Below, one piece after another: positions 31,800 through 41,403 of a DNA stretch of 64,000 nt. The notes below the pieces were generated by a model, which saw only the letters and a program-made list of their open reading frames with translations, ran no database searches and was not told the origin of the DNA. The stretch's first letter is position 1, and the number at the start of each line of letters is the position of its first letter. This DNA comes from Candidatus Bathyarchaeota archaeon. GTDB taxonomy: Archaea; Thermoproteota; Bathyarchaeia; Bathyarchaeales; Bathycorpusculaceae. The position numbers and the translations under genes were made by a program. Location: NCBI GenBank assembly GCA_963815095.1, contig CAWFFH010000003.1, forward strand, positions 160,001-224,000. The letters are read 5' to 3'.

Positions 31800-34592
31800 T
31801 TATGGTCGTTTTCTAAGGACCAGTATGATCAATAGACCAACGACTATTATGGCTACTAATAGGCCTGCGATTGCTGGGACGAAGTATTGGTCAGCTGGTG
31901 ATGGTGCTTGTGTTGGTGCTAAGGTTGCGTGTTCAGCGACTGGATCAACGTTGAATGCTGTTACTGCGTGTGCTGGCCAGTATGATTCAGAGCCTGCGAA
32001 TGATGCGTAGACTGTGTATGCGCCTGCAATGTCTGGTTTCCAGTTGAGGCTGAAGAATCCATCGGTGCTTGTGGTTGTTCCGATGTCTCTAAAGTTGCCG
32101 TTTGCATCAACAACACTCAGAGTAATTGGGACACCGGTTGTATTGGTTGGTCTGCCTTTTTGCATGTATACGTATTCCATCCATTGATTTTGGCTTTCGT
32201 CAGATACAGCTGGGACTCCTTGTGGGAATCTTGCGGCTTGTTCGTTTTGTTTTGTACCTGCTGAGATGTCTGTGATTGTGCCTTTGATTGTTACGGATGC
32301 GCCTAATGTTGCAGCTAAGTCGGGTGCTGTTACAGTCATTGAGGTTGGTCCTTTGCCAAGTGCATATACTTGTCCGTCATAGTTGTTCCAGAATACTACG
32401 ACTCCGTCTGCTGTTGCCCAGGTCATTGGGTATGCCCATCCAGCCATGCTCCAGACTTCGGCGCCAGTGGTTGCATTCAGTGCGTGTATGCGTTCGCCTT
32501 TGTAGAGTGGAGTATCTGCTGAGTGTTCATGAGTTCCAACGTAAATTTTCCCGTCAGCAATCATACCGATCATTTGAACGAAGTTAGGAATCTTCTCTCC
32601 ACCAGATGGATAGATATTTCTCCAGAGTAAACTGCCATCAGCTAAGCTGTAAGCAGAAACTGCTCCAGTATATCCACCAGTATAAAGAATACCATATGCC
32701 ATCTTCGTTTGTGTTGCAGAGATCAGGCTTGGCCAAGTAAAGTATCCGTAAGCTTGGAAGTCAGCTTGTGCATCTCCTGTTCCTACTAGGCTTCCATCAT
32801 CTATGTTATAGATACGGAAGGTGCAGCTTGGAACTTCGATTGTGACAAAGCGGTGTTCAGATCCGGATGCTCTTTCGAACATTTCGTTCTGATTGGTTGC
32901 TGCGTCATCGATTGCAAGGTTCTTCATGTATGTAATATTACCGAATGTGGCTGGTGCGACGCTGATCTTCCAGATAGTTACTGCGTCCGGATATGCGTAG
33001 CTTGGACCGCTTGTGCCTGTTGGCCAAGATCCGTTAGAGCCCCATATGTAGTCACCTACGACACCTGCTCTGATAGTTGGGCTGGTAGTCCATGTAGCGC
33101 CTGTTATTGGGATTCTGTAGAAGTCATATCGGTTAGTTGTGCTTGCGTTAATTTGGTTGGATGATGGATTGCCGCCTGCGCTGATCATTGGGATAACTTT
33201 GGAGGAGTTCCATTGTGATAGGGCATATGATGGATTTGTATTATCGCCAATGTTCGTTAATATGTAGCGTAGGTTTTCGCCTGTTGGTGCATTCAATTCA
33301 AAGCCACTTGGAACGCCTGTTATGTTTAGCCATGGGAATCCACGTTCTGGTTGGTAACCGATTGCGTAGTTGTTGCTGAATAGCCATCCTGGGTTTTGTA
33401 CACCGTGTTCGTTAGGATCATCTTGACTGTAGTAGTAACCGAATTGGAACATGTTTGCTGTTGTGGATACACCTAAGCCGCCTGTGTTTGTTTGGTCTGC
33501 GCCTGTGTTAACTTCGTAGATGAGTTCACCAGTTTTTAGATCGACACAGTCCATAAATGAACTTGAGCCACCGCTTAAGGCGTTGGGTGAGTAGTAGAGT
33601 CTTCCGAACATGATGACTTGGTTTGTCCATCTTGGCTGGTATTGTGAACCAGCGTTGAAGGCGTTACCAACTTGATTACGTGAGAGGTTTGCTCCGCCTA
33701 CTATGCCGTTGTCTTCAGTTGGTCTTGTCCAGAGGATGTGTGGGCTGTTTGGTGTAGTTCCGTCTGCTTGATATCTGTTTTCGCCGCCGCCATTGTCACG
33801 GTCATGTGAGCCACTGAGCCAGTTTGAAGAAACTGTATACCATTGGTCGTTTTCTCCTTCGATTGGTCGTGTCCAGTATTCAGTGGGCATAGATTGGAGT
33901 ATTGGCAAGCCATTGATGTTTACGGGGTCTTGTTGTACTGTGACTGTGAGTGTGTAGTCGCTTGCTAGGAAAGTTGTGCCGTAGTAGTCTGCGCTACCGC
34001 CTTGGTTTGTGCTGTTCCATAGGTATTGTAGTTGGTGGAATTTAACTAGGAAGCTATAGTTCCCTACTTGGTCAGGTGTGTATGCAGTGTAAGTCGAACC
34101 TGTTGAGTCAGAGACGAATTCACCGTTTGCGATTCCTCCTTGACCACCTGCAACGTTCAAATTAGATGATTGACCGGAAGCTGGCAAGTTTTGAGTTGTA
34201 CCGTCTGGTTTTGTGACTACTATGTCGAATGTGTATCGAATTGAGTTAGTTAACAGTGAGCTTGGTGGGACTTGTGGGTTCATCATGATGACGTTGAATG
34301 TTTGGCCGACGCCGACTGGGTTTGGTGATGCAATGCCGAATGTCCATGTTGGGATTTGGTCATGGAATCGAGTCCAAAGCAACAGCCTATTGGCTGAAGC
34401 ATTGGAGTTCATACCATTCCAATACATGCCTGCATCGATTGCTGCAGCAGTAGCATCATTATAGTTAATTCCGTTTCTTACTTCTGCTTTTGCGGTTGGT
34501 ATTTGTTGAAATCCACTAGAGATTGAGATAGCCATTGAAGTTACAAGAATCAGTGTAATTACAATAGCCATAGATTTATTTTTTAGTTGCAT
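31800..34592 (-). CDS. Secreted PQQ-binding-like beta-propeller protein with Ig-like regions and C-terminal TM anchor (paralog 1)
   Basis: Signal peptide; propeller Trp motifs (DGSLLW, TGAEVW); Pro/Thr linker; TM followed by RKRP; many N-x-S/T sequons. Confidence 0.85.
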   Translation of the reverse strand: MQLKNKSMAIVITLILVTSMAISISSGFQQIPTAKAEVRNGINYNDATAAAIDAGMYWNGMNSNASANRLLLWTRFHDQIPTWTFGIASPNPVGVGQTFNVIMMNPQVPPSSLLTNSIRYTFDIVVTKPDGTTQNLPASGQSSNLNVAGGQGGIANGEFVSDSTGSTYTAYTPDQVGNYSFLVKFHQLQYLWNSTNQGGSADYYGTTFLASDYTLTVTVQQDPVNINGLPILQSMPTEYWTRPIEGENDQWYTVSSNWLSGSHDRDNGGGENRYQADGTTPNSPHILWTRPTEDNGIVGGANLSRNQVGNAFNAGSQYQPRWTNQVIMFGRLYYSPNALSGGSSSFMDCVDLKTGELIYEVNTGADQTNTGGLGVSTTANMFQFGYYYSQDDPNEHGVQNPGWLFSNNYAIGYQPERGFPWLNITGVPSGFELNAPTGENLRYILTNIGDNTNPSYALSQWNSSKVIPMISAGGNPSSNQINASTTNRYDFYRIPITGATWTTSPTIRAGVVGDYIWGSNGSWPTGTSGPSYAYPDAVTIWKISVAPATFGNITYMKNLAIDDAATNQNEMFERASGSEHRFVTIEVPSCTFRIYNIDDGSLVGTGDAQADFQAYGYFTWPSLISATQTKMAYGILYTGGYTGAVSAYSLADGSLLWRNIYPSGGEKIPNFVQMIGMIADGKIYVGTHEHSADTPLYKGERIHALNATTGAEVWSMAGWAYPMTWATADGVVVFWNNYDGQVYALGKGPTSMTVTAPDLAATLGASVTIKGTITDISAGTKQNEQAARFPQGVPAVSDESQNQWMEYVYMQKGRPTNTTGVPITLSVVDANGNFRDIGTTTSTDGFFSLNWKPDIAGAYTVYASFAGSESYWPAHAVTAFNVDPVAEHATLAPTQAPSPADQYFVPAIAGLLVAIIVVGLLIILVLRKRP
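31858..31949. repeat. 92-bp near-identical repeat, copy 1 (linker/anchor coding region)
   Basis: 87 of 92 positions match 38466-38557, including a 35-bp exact run. Confidence 0.9.
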
Positions 34593-34868
34593 TTTTCTTT
34601 TTTCTCCATTATTTTTTTGGACGAGTCTTTTTATCGCCCAATAGCTTGAAATGGTAACGATCTGAATTAATAAAACTTATGGAAAGTACCCTCTTACGAC
34701 AAGAAAAAGATGGACAAAAAAGCGGCATTTTCATGAATTAATAGGGAATAAAGGCAATATTTTTTAAAAAATACATCTTAAAAGTACAATATTTCTTTAC
34801 AACGTATAAGGAGTCTTTTCCGTTTTCAAATAAAAAAAATAAAAAAGAAGGTTGTTCTTTTGAGATGC

Positions 34869-37475
34869 TTATGGACGTTTGCGAAGCATCAGAAGCGCTA
34901 GTACGATGCCGATAACGATGATGACAACGAATAATCCAGCGATTGCGGGAACAAAGTACACGTCAGCGGCAGATTGCGGCGCAGGTGTAGCAGGGGTAGG
35001 TGTTGGTGCTGCTGGATCAACTGCAAAACTTGTTTCTGCGGATGAGGGATAGTACGAGTTAGATCCTAAGAATGTGGCGATGACAATATATTTGCCTGTT
35101 ATATCAGGCACCCAGTTTAAGCTGTATGAACCACTTGCGTCACTGACGGCTGTACCAATATTTCGAGTGTTGCCATTTGAATCAATGACCTCTATTGATA
35201 CTGGGACACCAATCACGTTGCTTGGCTTTGGTTTCTGCATGTAAACATATGGCATCCAACTGCTTTGGCTTGCGTCAGATACTGCTGGAACACCATTGGG
35301 GAAGTTAGCTTTCTGCGCTTCCTGCTGCGTGCCGGCAGAAGTATCTATCACTGTACCTCGTATCACTAAACCTTGACCTAATGTTACATCTACTAGTGGC
35401 GCTTGAACAGTTGTTTGACTTGGACCTTGACCAACAGCATATATTTGCATGTCATACGCGTTGAGGTAAACGTATTCGCCTGATGCAATGGCTCCGTTTT
35501 GAGCAACGAATGCTCCTCCGTCACCCCATCCGGTAAGAGTCCAGATTTCTTCTCCAGTAGTCGCATTAACACAGCGTATCAACGCTCCCTTGTAGAGAGG
35601 TGTAGTTGGTGAGTGCTCATCGTTGAAGAGGTAGATTTTGCCGTCAGCGATTCCACCTATGAATACCGGTAAGTAAGCCCAAGGTGTGCCAATTGGGACA
35701 GCTGTGCTGTTACCTGCTCCGCCATTGCCATAAGTCCACTCTACTTGGCCTGTAGTATCATTAATTGCTCGCAAGACTCCGCCGTATCCTGAGAAATAGA
35801 GGTTTCCGTAAGCTACGCGATGTGCGCCAGTGTTCTCGGTGTTAACTGAACCTGTGAATGTGTCGAAAGCAAACTGGTCAGGAACTGGTCCCCATATTTG
35901 CTGTCCATTGTCGAGATTATATCCGTATAAGTCCATGGTTTCTTTGATGTACATGTTGAAAACGCGCTGGGTTGGATTAACTGTTTCTGGCCAGACCAAA
36001 ACTGAGGTATCTGAGCCTTCAGGAGTTGTGTAGGTGTTCATCCATAAGAGTTGGCCTAGAGTTTCTGGTTTTAGGCTTATTGCCCAAATTGTGTAGGGGT
36101 TTGCAGTGCCATTGTTCCATCCACCCCATAGAGTGTATCCGGGGTCTCCAATACCAGTGGTACCGTTTATGCCAAGCATTACATCGCCAAGAAACGCATT
36201 TAGAACGACTACGGTTCCTGTCATTCCGTTGCGCCATGGTACGGTAACGTTCCAGTCATAGCGTGCTCCCGTGCTTGCACTTACGTTGGTTGCTATAGTT
36301 GGTGTTGTTCCACTGTTGTCCCAAAGTCTTGATGAGTTCCATTGTGCCAAGGTATAGTTCTGATTTGCAGTTGTTCCCATGTTGGTAAAGACGTATCTTA
36401 GAATTTCACCTTGTGGTCCATATGCTTGGGTGCCTGAAGGAACAGCTGATACATTGAATAGTGAGTTTCCGTTGCGTGGGTCGAATGCTTGTGCAAAGTT
36501 AGCTGAGAATAGTATACCGCTGCCCCAAACGCCTTCTTGATTGGGGGTTTCAAGGTCATAAGTGTAACCAAAGGATAGTGTCGGCATGCCGCTTCTTCGC
36601 CAGATCTCTTGCCCAGTTCTCAGGTTTACGCATACCACGTCGCCTGATTGTGCAGTTTCACCTGATGGTTCGCGATAGAAAAGTCGTCCAGTCATGATTA
36701 TAGGGTTGGGGAATCTTTGGTTATAGGATTGTCCAGTGTAGAATTGTTGCCCTGGCGTTCCAACGTTTTGTCCGCCAACAATTCCTCCGTCTTGGATCGA
36801 TTTTGTCCACATTACGTGTGCACTAGTGGGTGCTGAACCGTCGTTCTGAATGTTTGTGCCTCCAATCTGAGGTGACCCTGTGCCAAGCCAGTTAGATGAT
36901 ATTGAGTACCATAATGTGTTTTGAGCTTCTATGGGGTAGGTCCAGTAGTCGGTTGGAAGTGGATAGCTACCTATAGCTGAAGGTACGGCTTCATTTTGTA
37001 CCGTGAAGGTTGCCGGTTGACTTGTGGCGCCTAGGAAAGTGTCGTTTGTCCAGGTTTGAATTGCAGCCGTGTCATTCCAAATATAAACGGTGTTTGGGTA
37101 ATACAAGACAACGGAGTAGTTTCCAACTTGATCAGCGGTGTAGGTAGTGTAGATTGTTTCAGTCGGGTCAGGAGTGAAGGGACCGCGGGTTTCAACTGAA
37201 CCGTCGGGTTTTGTAATGTTAAGTCTGTAATCTTGCATCCTAATAGTGTTACTGATGGTGGATTGGGGCATTTTTAGGTAAGCCCACATTACGATAAACA
37301 CATTTTGACCAACGCCAACACGGTCGGGTACAGCACTAACATAAGCATAGGTTTGAATGGTCCATGGAGGTGAATGTGCAGTAGTAGTAGGTAAAAGTAC
37401 AGTTGTTGCACTCATCGAAATTATTAGAAACAAAGCAATCAAAATTGCAATATTTTTGTTCTTAACAAGTTGCAT
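34869..37475 (-). CDS. Secreted PQQ-binding-like beta-propeller protein (paralog 2)
   Basis: Same architecture (TGQEIW, TGQVEW, TGEEIW; TM followed by RKRP); start moved to MQLVKN after the GGAG RBS. Confidence 0.85.
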   Translation of the reverse strand: MQLVKNKNIAILIALFLIISMSATTVLLPTTTAHSPPWTIQTYAYVSAVPDRVGVGQNVFIVMWAYLKMPQSTISNTIRMQDYRLNITKPDGSVETRGPFTPDPTETIYTTYTADQVGNYSVVLYYPNTVYIWNDTAAIQTWTNDTFLGATSQPATFTVQNEAVPSAIGSYPLPTDYWTYPIEAQNTLWYSISSNWLGTGSPQIGGTNIQNDGSAPTSAHVMWTKSIQDGGIVGGQNVGTPGQQFYTGQSYNQRFPNPIIMTGRLFYREPSGETAQSGDVVCVNLRTGQEIWRRSGMPTLSFGYTYDLETPNQEGVWGSGILFSANFAQAFDPRNGNSLFNVSAVPSGTQAYGPQGEILRYVFTNMGTTANQNYTLAQWNSSRLWDNSGTTPTIATNVSASTGARYDWNVTVPWRNGMTGTVVVLNAFLGDVMLGINGTTGIGDPGYTLWGGWNNGTANPYTIWAISLKPETLGQLLWMNTYTTPEGSDTSVLVWPETVNPTQRVFNMYIKETMDLYGYNLDNGQQIWGPVPDQFAFDTFTGSVNTENTGAHRVAYGNLYFSGYGGVLRAINDTTGQVEWTYGNGGAGNSTAVPIGTPWAYLPVFIGGIADGKIYLFNDEHSPTTPLYKGALIRCVNATTGEEIWTLTGWGDGGAFVAQNGAIASGEYVYLNAYDMQIYAVGQGPSQTTVQAPLVDVTLGQGLVIRGTVIDTSAGTQQEAQKANFPNGVPAVSDASQSSWMPYVYMQKPKPSNVIGVPVSIEVIDSNGNTRNIGTAVSDASGSYSLNWVPDITGKYIVIATFLGSNSYYPSSAETSFAVDPAAPTPTPATPAPQSAADVYFVPAIAGLFVVIIVIGIVLALLMLRKRP

Positions 37476-37769
37476 CTTTTTTTCTCCTAAAATGTTATAC
37501 ACATTTTTGTGTACTATTTTTCTTTAGAACAAGAGACAGCAATTTATAGTTTGCTTATATTATCCTTGCCTAAACTCCAAAATATGCGTACCAAATTGTT
37601 ATTTTTGGACTTAATTTTTTTAGCATCTTTAGTGTTGTAAGTAACAAAAATAAATCCGTCACTTGATAAAAATGTCATATTGAATTTGAACTCGCCAAAT
37701 TGAGTTGACATTTCATTATCTATAACAGTCTTTTTATCCTCAAAAAATTCTGCTTAACTTGGATGGTAT

Positions 37770-38171
37770 ATGCCAACAGTTAAGGACATCATGACTAAAG
37801 AAGTCGTAACAATCGACGTATTCAAAAGCGTTTTTGAAGCAGCACAACTCATGTCAAAAGAAGGTTTAGGATGCCTAATAGTCGTTGACAAATTGTTGCC
37901 TGTTGGAATAGTCACCGAACGCGACATAGTTCGAAGAATCGTGGCTAAACGGAGCTCGCCTGATGTTAACGGTTCAGAGATTATGACCAAGACACTCATA
38001 ACAGTTGACCCTGATTCTTCGCTTAAACATGCAGCAAGAATGATGTCAACCAACAAAATAAGACGCCTGCCAATTCTCAAGAACAGTAAACTAGTTGGGA
38101 TAGTAATTTCCTCAGATTTTGTACGAAACGTTGGCAAAAAGACAACCTCCGAAGATATACTAGAAGCTTAG
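37770..38171 (+). CDS. CBS-pair domain protein
   Basis: VKDIMT, GIVTERDIV, IRRLPI, LVGIV; C-terminus may be clipped by a 1-nt deletion. Confidence 0.9.
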   Translation: MPTVKDIMTKEVVTIDVFKSVFEAAQLMSKEGLGCLIVVDKLLPVGIVTERDIVRRIVAKRSSPDVNGSEIMTKTLITVDPDSSLKHAARMMSTNKIRRLPILKNSKLVGIVISSDFVRNVGKKTTSEDILEA

Positions 38172-38404
38172 GACGTTACCCCACGGGACCAGTAACAATA
38201 GGTGATTAGAAAACAAATCGGTCCAACGGAATTTCAGGATTTTTAGTTTAGAGGTTTACTGAGGCTCTGGATATAGCTTTGGAGAAGATAGAAAATGCAA
38301 ACTATGGCTATTTCGTGAATTTTAACCAGAGCCTTCTCAGCCCTCATTCTTACGCAATTCTTTAATCCCAAAAAAAGGGATGGGAAAGTTGTTTGTTGTT
38401 TTGT

Positions 38405-41173
38405 TTATGCGCGTTTTCGCATCAGTACTAGTGCTACTAGTATGATTACGATTATCAGCGCAACGAATAGGCCTGCGATTGCTGGAACGAAGTATAGGTC
38501 AGCTGGTGATGGTGCTGCTGTAGGTGCTAAGGTTGCGTGTTCAGCGACTGGATCAACTGCGAATGCAGTTGTCGTGGTTGATGGCCAGTAGCCATTGGTT
38601 CCGTGGAAGGTTGCTACGACAGTGTATATGCCGGAAATGTCTGGAGTCCATTGTAAGTTGTATTGACCTGTTGCATCAGTAGTTGCTGTTCCGATGTTGC
38701 GATAGTTTCCGTTAGCATCCATGACATCGATCGTCACTGGGACGCCGAGGAAGTTGCTTGGCAATGGTTTCTGCTGGTAGACGTAACCCATCCATTCGCC
38801 CATGACCGTGTCATTTGCGAGTGGAATACCGTTAGGGAAGCGAGCCGATTGTTCTGCTTGTTTTGAACCTGCTGAGATGTCGTAGACTGAGCCTGTGATG
38901 ACTAATGACTTGCCTAGTTCAATTGATGCTTGTGGTGCTGACACTGAGATTGTGCTTACGCCTCTACCGATTGAGTAGATTTGATTGTCATAGCTGTTGT
39001 ACCATGTTGCGTATCCATCTGCAATTGCATAGCTTTGGGTTGTGAATTCAGTTGTATATGATGATATCGTCCAGAGTTCTTCACCTGTTGTTGCGTTGAG
39101 TGCACGTGCTAAACCGCCTTTGTAGATTGGCATTTCGACAGTGTGCTCTGAAGACACTGTATATACGACGCCGTTGGAGATTGCGTTGACAAATGTTGGG
39201 TAGTGACCTGGAACTTCAAAGCCGCTGTCTGTGCTGTTGCCCATACCGCCGTTACCGTAAGTCCAGAGGAGGTCGCCTGTGGCTGTGTCATAGCAGTAGA
39301 CGATGCCTGCGTATGCGCTGCTGTAATATTTGCCATAAGCAAATGTACCGCCTAAACTGCCTGAGGCTTGGCTGCCGTAGTAGTCAAAGTTGTCTTGTGG
39401 CTGTGTTGTCCAGAGTTTTGCGCCTGTGTCCATGCTGTAGCCGACTAAGGTTTGGGTTTCTCTGAGGTCTTCTACGAAGACGCGGTTAATGGGGTCGATG
39501 CCTTCTTCGAGGACTGTTATGTTGTTTGCTGGTGGGTCATAGTTCTTCATCCATAGGATTTGGCCTAGTGTTTCTGGTTTTAAGCTGACTGCGAAGTATG
39601 TGTATGGAACGAAGCTTAGTGAACCCATGAAGGTTGCTCCTTGTGATGGTAGTGTACCGTTGTAGCATAGCATCATGTCGTTGGGGATTATGCCTACGAC
39701 TGTGGGTGAGTTTGGCATTGTGTTACGCCATGGGATTGAGACGTTCCAGTCAAAGCGGTTCTGTGGGTCTGTAGTGTTAAGGACTCCTCCGTTCACTATG
39801 TATGTGTTGGCGTAGAAGGCTGCAGATGAAGCTGATGGTGGAACACTCATAACAGCTCCGGAATTTATGACTGCTGACGCGTTGATAATTGATGGTGAAA
39901 GTAAGCTGCCGCCTGTGAAGGGGTTTGTTCCGAATGTCCAGAGTTTGGTTGAGTTCCATTCCGCTAGAACCCAGTTTGGACTTGCTGTGGTGCCAAGGTT
40001 TGACATAATGGTTCTTAGTTGTTCACCGTTTGGACCAAGAGTCAATTGATAGTATGATGCTGATGGTACACCTGTAACGTTGAATAAGGCGTTGCCGGTT
40101 GCTGCGTCAAAAAGGCGTCCAAAGTTTGATGTTGATAGGATTGCTGGGAATACACCGTGTTGGTTAGGGTCTTCGTGATCCCAAACTAGAGCAAAGGATA
40201 GTGTTGGTAGGTCTGAACGTGACCAGATGAGTTGTCCTGTTCTTAGATCAACACAGTTTAGTGGGCCCGAGTTTGAGCCTGTGAAGGATATAGGGTCGTT
40301 GTAGTAGATTTTGCCGTTGACTACGATTGGGTTTTGGTATCTTTGGTTGTAGGCTGAGCCTTCGAACCATGCATTGCCGGGGATTGTGAAGTCGTTGCCG
40401 CCGACGATACCGCCGACTTGGTTGCCCATTACTTTAGTCCACATGATGTGTGATGTAAGTGGTCCAACTGCGAAGCCTGGAGTGAATTGTGCGCCGTTAC
40501 CACCCAAGTTATAACTTGCTACGAAGCCGCCGAAGCCTGGTTGACCGGTTCCGAGCCAGTTAGAGCTGATTGTCCACCAGAATGGGTTTTCGCCGTAGAT
40601 TGGGCGTGTCCAAAATTCTTCTGGAAGTGGGTAGCTAATTGGGAAAGTGTCGATAGCGTTTTGTTGGACTGTCAGCGTTGAGACTGATTGACTTGGCAGA
40701 TATGTATCGTTAATCATTGTTGTGATTGGGCTGTGTGGGTAGTCGTTGATAGCTTGTCCTGGGAAGTTAAAAGTTAAGGTATAGGTTCCTGCAATGGTTG
40801 GTGTGAACTGGTAGCTTTGTGATGATGTTGTGTCAATAACTGTATCGAATGTTTTGGTCGTGTTTTCACCATTGGGGTCTGTTATGGTAAGTTTGTAGTT
40901 GTGGAATCGGTAGTCATTGTTGACGGCAGCATAATTGATTGACCCTGCTGGTTCACCAGCAGGATAGTAACCATAAACGCGGTTAAGCCACATATAAATT
41001 AAGGTTGTTTGGCCGACACCGATGGGGTTAGGTAGAGCCTCAATATATGCTACTGTAGGCAGGTCTTGTGATGGTGTGTGTGCTGCTGCGGGTTTTAACA
41101 TTGTTATTGTAGTTGCTGTTGAGATTGCTAACAATAAAATTATTGCTATTGCTGCTTTTTTACCAAAATTCAT
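38405..41173 (-). CDS. Secreted PQQ-binding-like beta-propeller protein (paralog 3)
   Basis: Same architecture (TGQLIW, TGAKLW, TGDLLW, TGEELW; TM followed by RKRA). Confidence 0.85.
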   Translation of the reverse strand: MNFGKKAAIAIILLLAISTATTITMLKPAAAHTPSQDLPTVAYIEALPNPIGVGQTTLIYMWLNRVYGYYPAGEPAGSINYAAVNNDYRFHNYKLTITDPNGENTTKTFDTVIDTTSSQSYQFTPTIAGTYTLTFNFPGQAINDYPHSPITTMINDTYLPSQSVSTLTVQQNAIDTFPISYPLPEEFWTRPIYGENPFWWTISSNWLGTGQPGFGGFVASYNLGGNGAQFTPGFAVGPLTSHIMWTKVMGNQVGGIVGGNDFTIPGNAWFEGSAYNQRYQNPIVVNGKIYYNDPISFTGSNSGPLNCVDLRTGQLIWSRSDLPTLSFALVWDHEDPNQHGVFPAILSTSNFGRLFDAATGNALFNVTGVPSASYYQLTLGPNGEQLRTIMSNLGTTASPNWVLAEWNSTKLWTFGTNPFTGGSLLSPSIINASAVINSGAVMSVPPSASSAAFYANTYIVNGGVLNTTDPQNRFDWNVSIPWRNTMPNSPTVVGIIPNDMMLCYNGTLPSQGATFMGSLSFVPYTYFAVSLKPETLGQILWMKNYDPPANNITVLEEGIDPINRVFVEDLRETQTLVGYSMDTGAKLWTTQPQDNFDYYGSQASGSLGGTFAYGKYYSSAYAGIVYCYDTATGDLLWTYGNGGMGNSTDSGFEVPGHYPTFVNAISNGVVYTVSSEHTVEMPIYKGGLARALNATTGEELWTISSYTTEFTTQSYAIADGYATWYNSYDNQIYSIGRGVSTISVSAPQASIELGKSLVITGSVYDISAGSKQAEQSARFPNGIPLANDTVMGEWMGYVYQQKPLPSNFLGVPVTIDVMDANGNYRNIGTATTDATGQYNLQWTPDISGIYTVVATFHGTNGYWPSTTTTAFAVDPVAEHATLAPTAAPSPADLYFVPAIAGLFVALIIVIILVALVLMRKRA
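38466..38557. repeat. 92-bp near-identical repeat, copy 2
   Basis: Matches 31858-31949 with 5 mismatches. Confidence 0.9.
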
Positions 41174-41403
41174 TTTTTTTCATTTTCTCCTTTTTGGTGC
41201 TATTTGAAAGCTCTTGTGGCTTATTTAAAAGTTTTCAAAAGTGACAAAAGAAGTGAACAAAATAGCTTTTAACGCACCAATTATGGCAACAACATAAGAA
41301 AAACAGGGTTGCAAATTTCTTTTTAAGATATCCATAAATAAAAAAGACGTTTTTGCGATTAATTTAAATAGAATGATAAACGCATGGAATCTTCTCGAGG
41401 GAA

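Noticed and set aside
38259-38380. Inverted repeats AGGCTCTGG/CCAGAGCCT and TCCC-A-run-GGGA between convergent genes
   Set aside because: Short; adequately explained as terminator-region structure
31800-41173. Diversity-generating retroelement (TR/VR) explanation for the 92-bp repeat
   Set aside because: No reverse transcriptase in the window; both copies are coding anchor regions rather than a non-coding template and a ligand-binding VR
41171-41183. ATG-A7-ATG tract as a phase-variation switch for propeller gene 3
   Set aside because: A-rich spacers after GGAG precede all three paralogs, and the second ATG is usable as it stands
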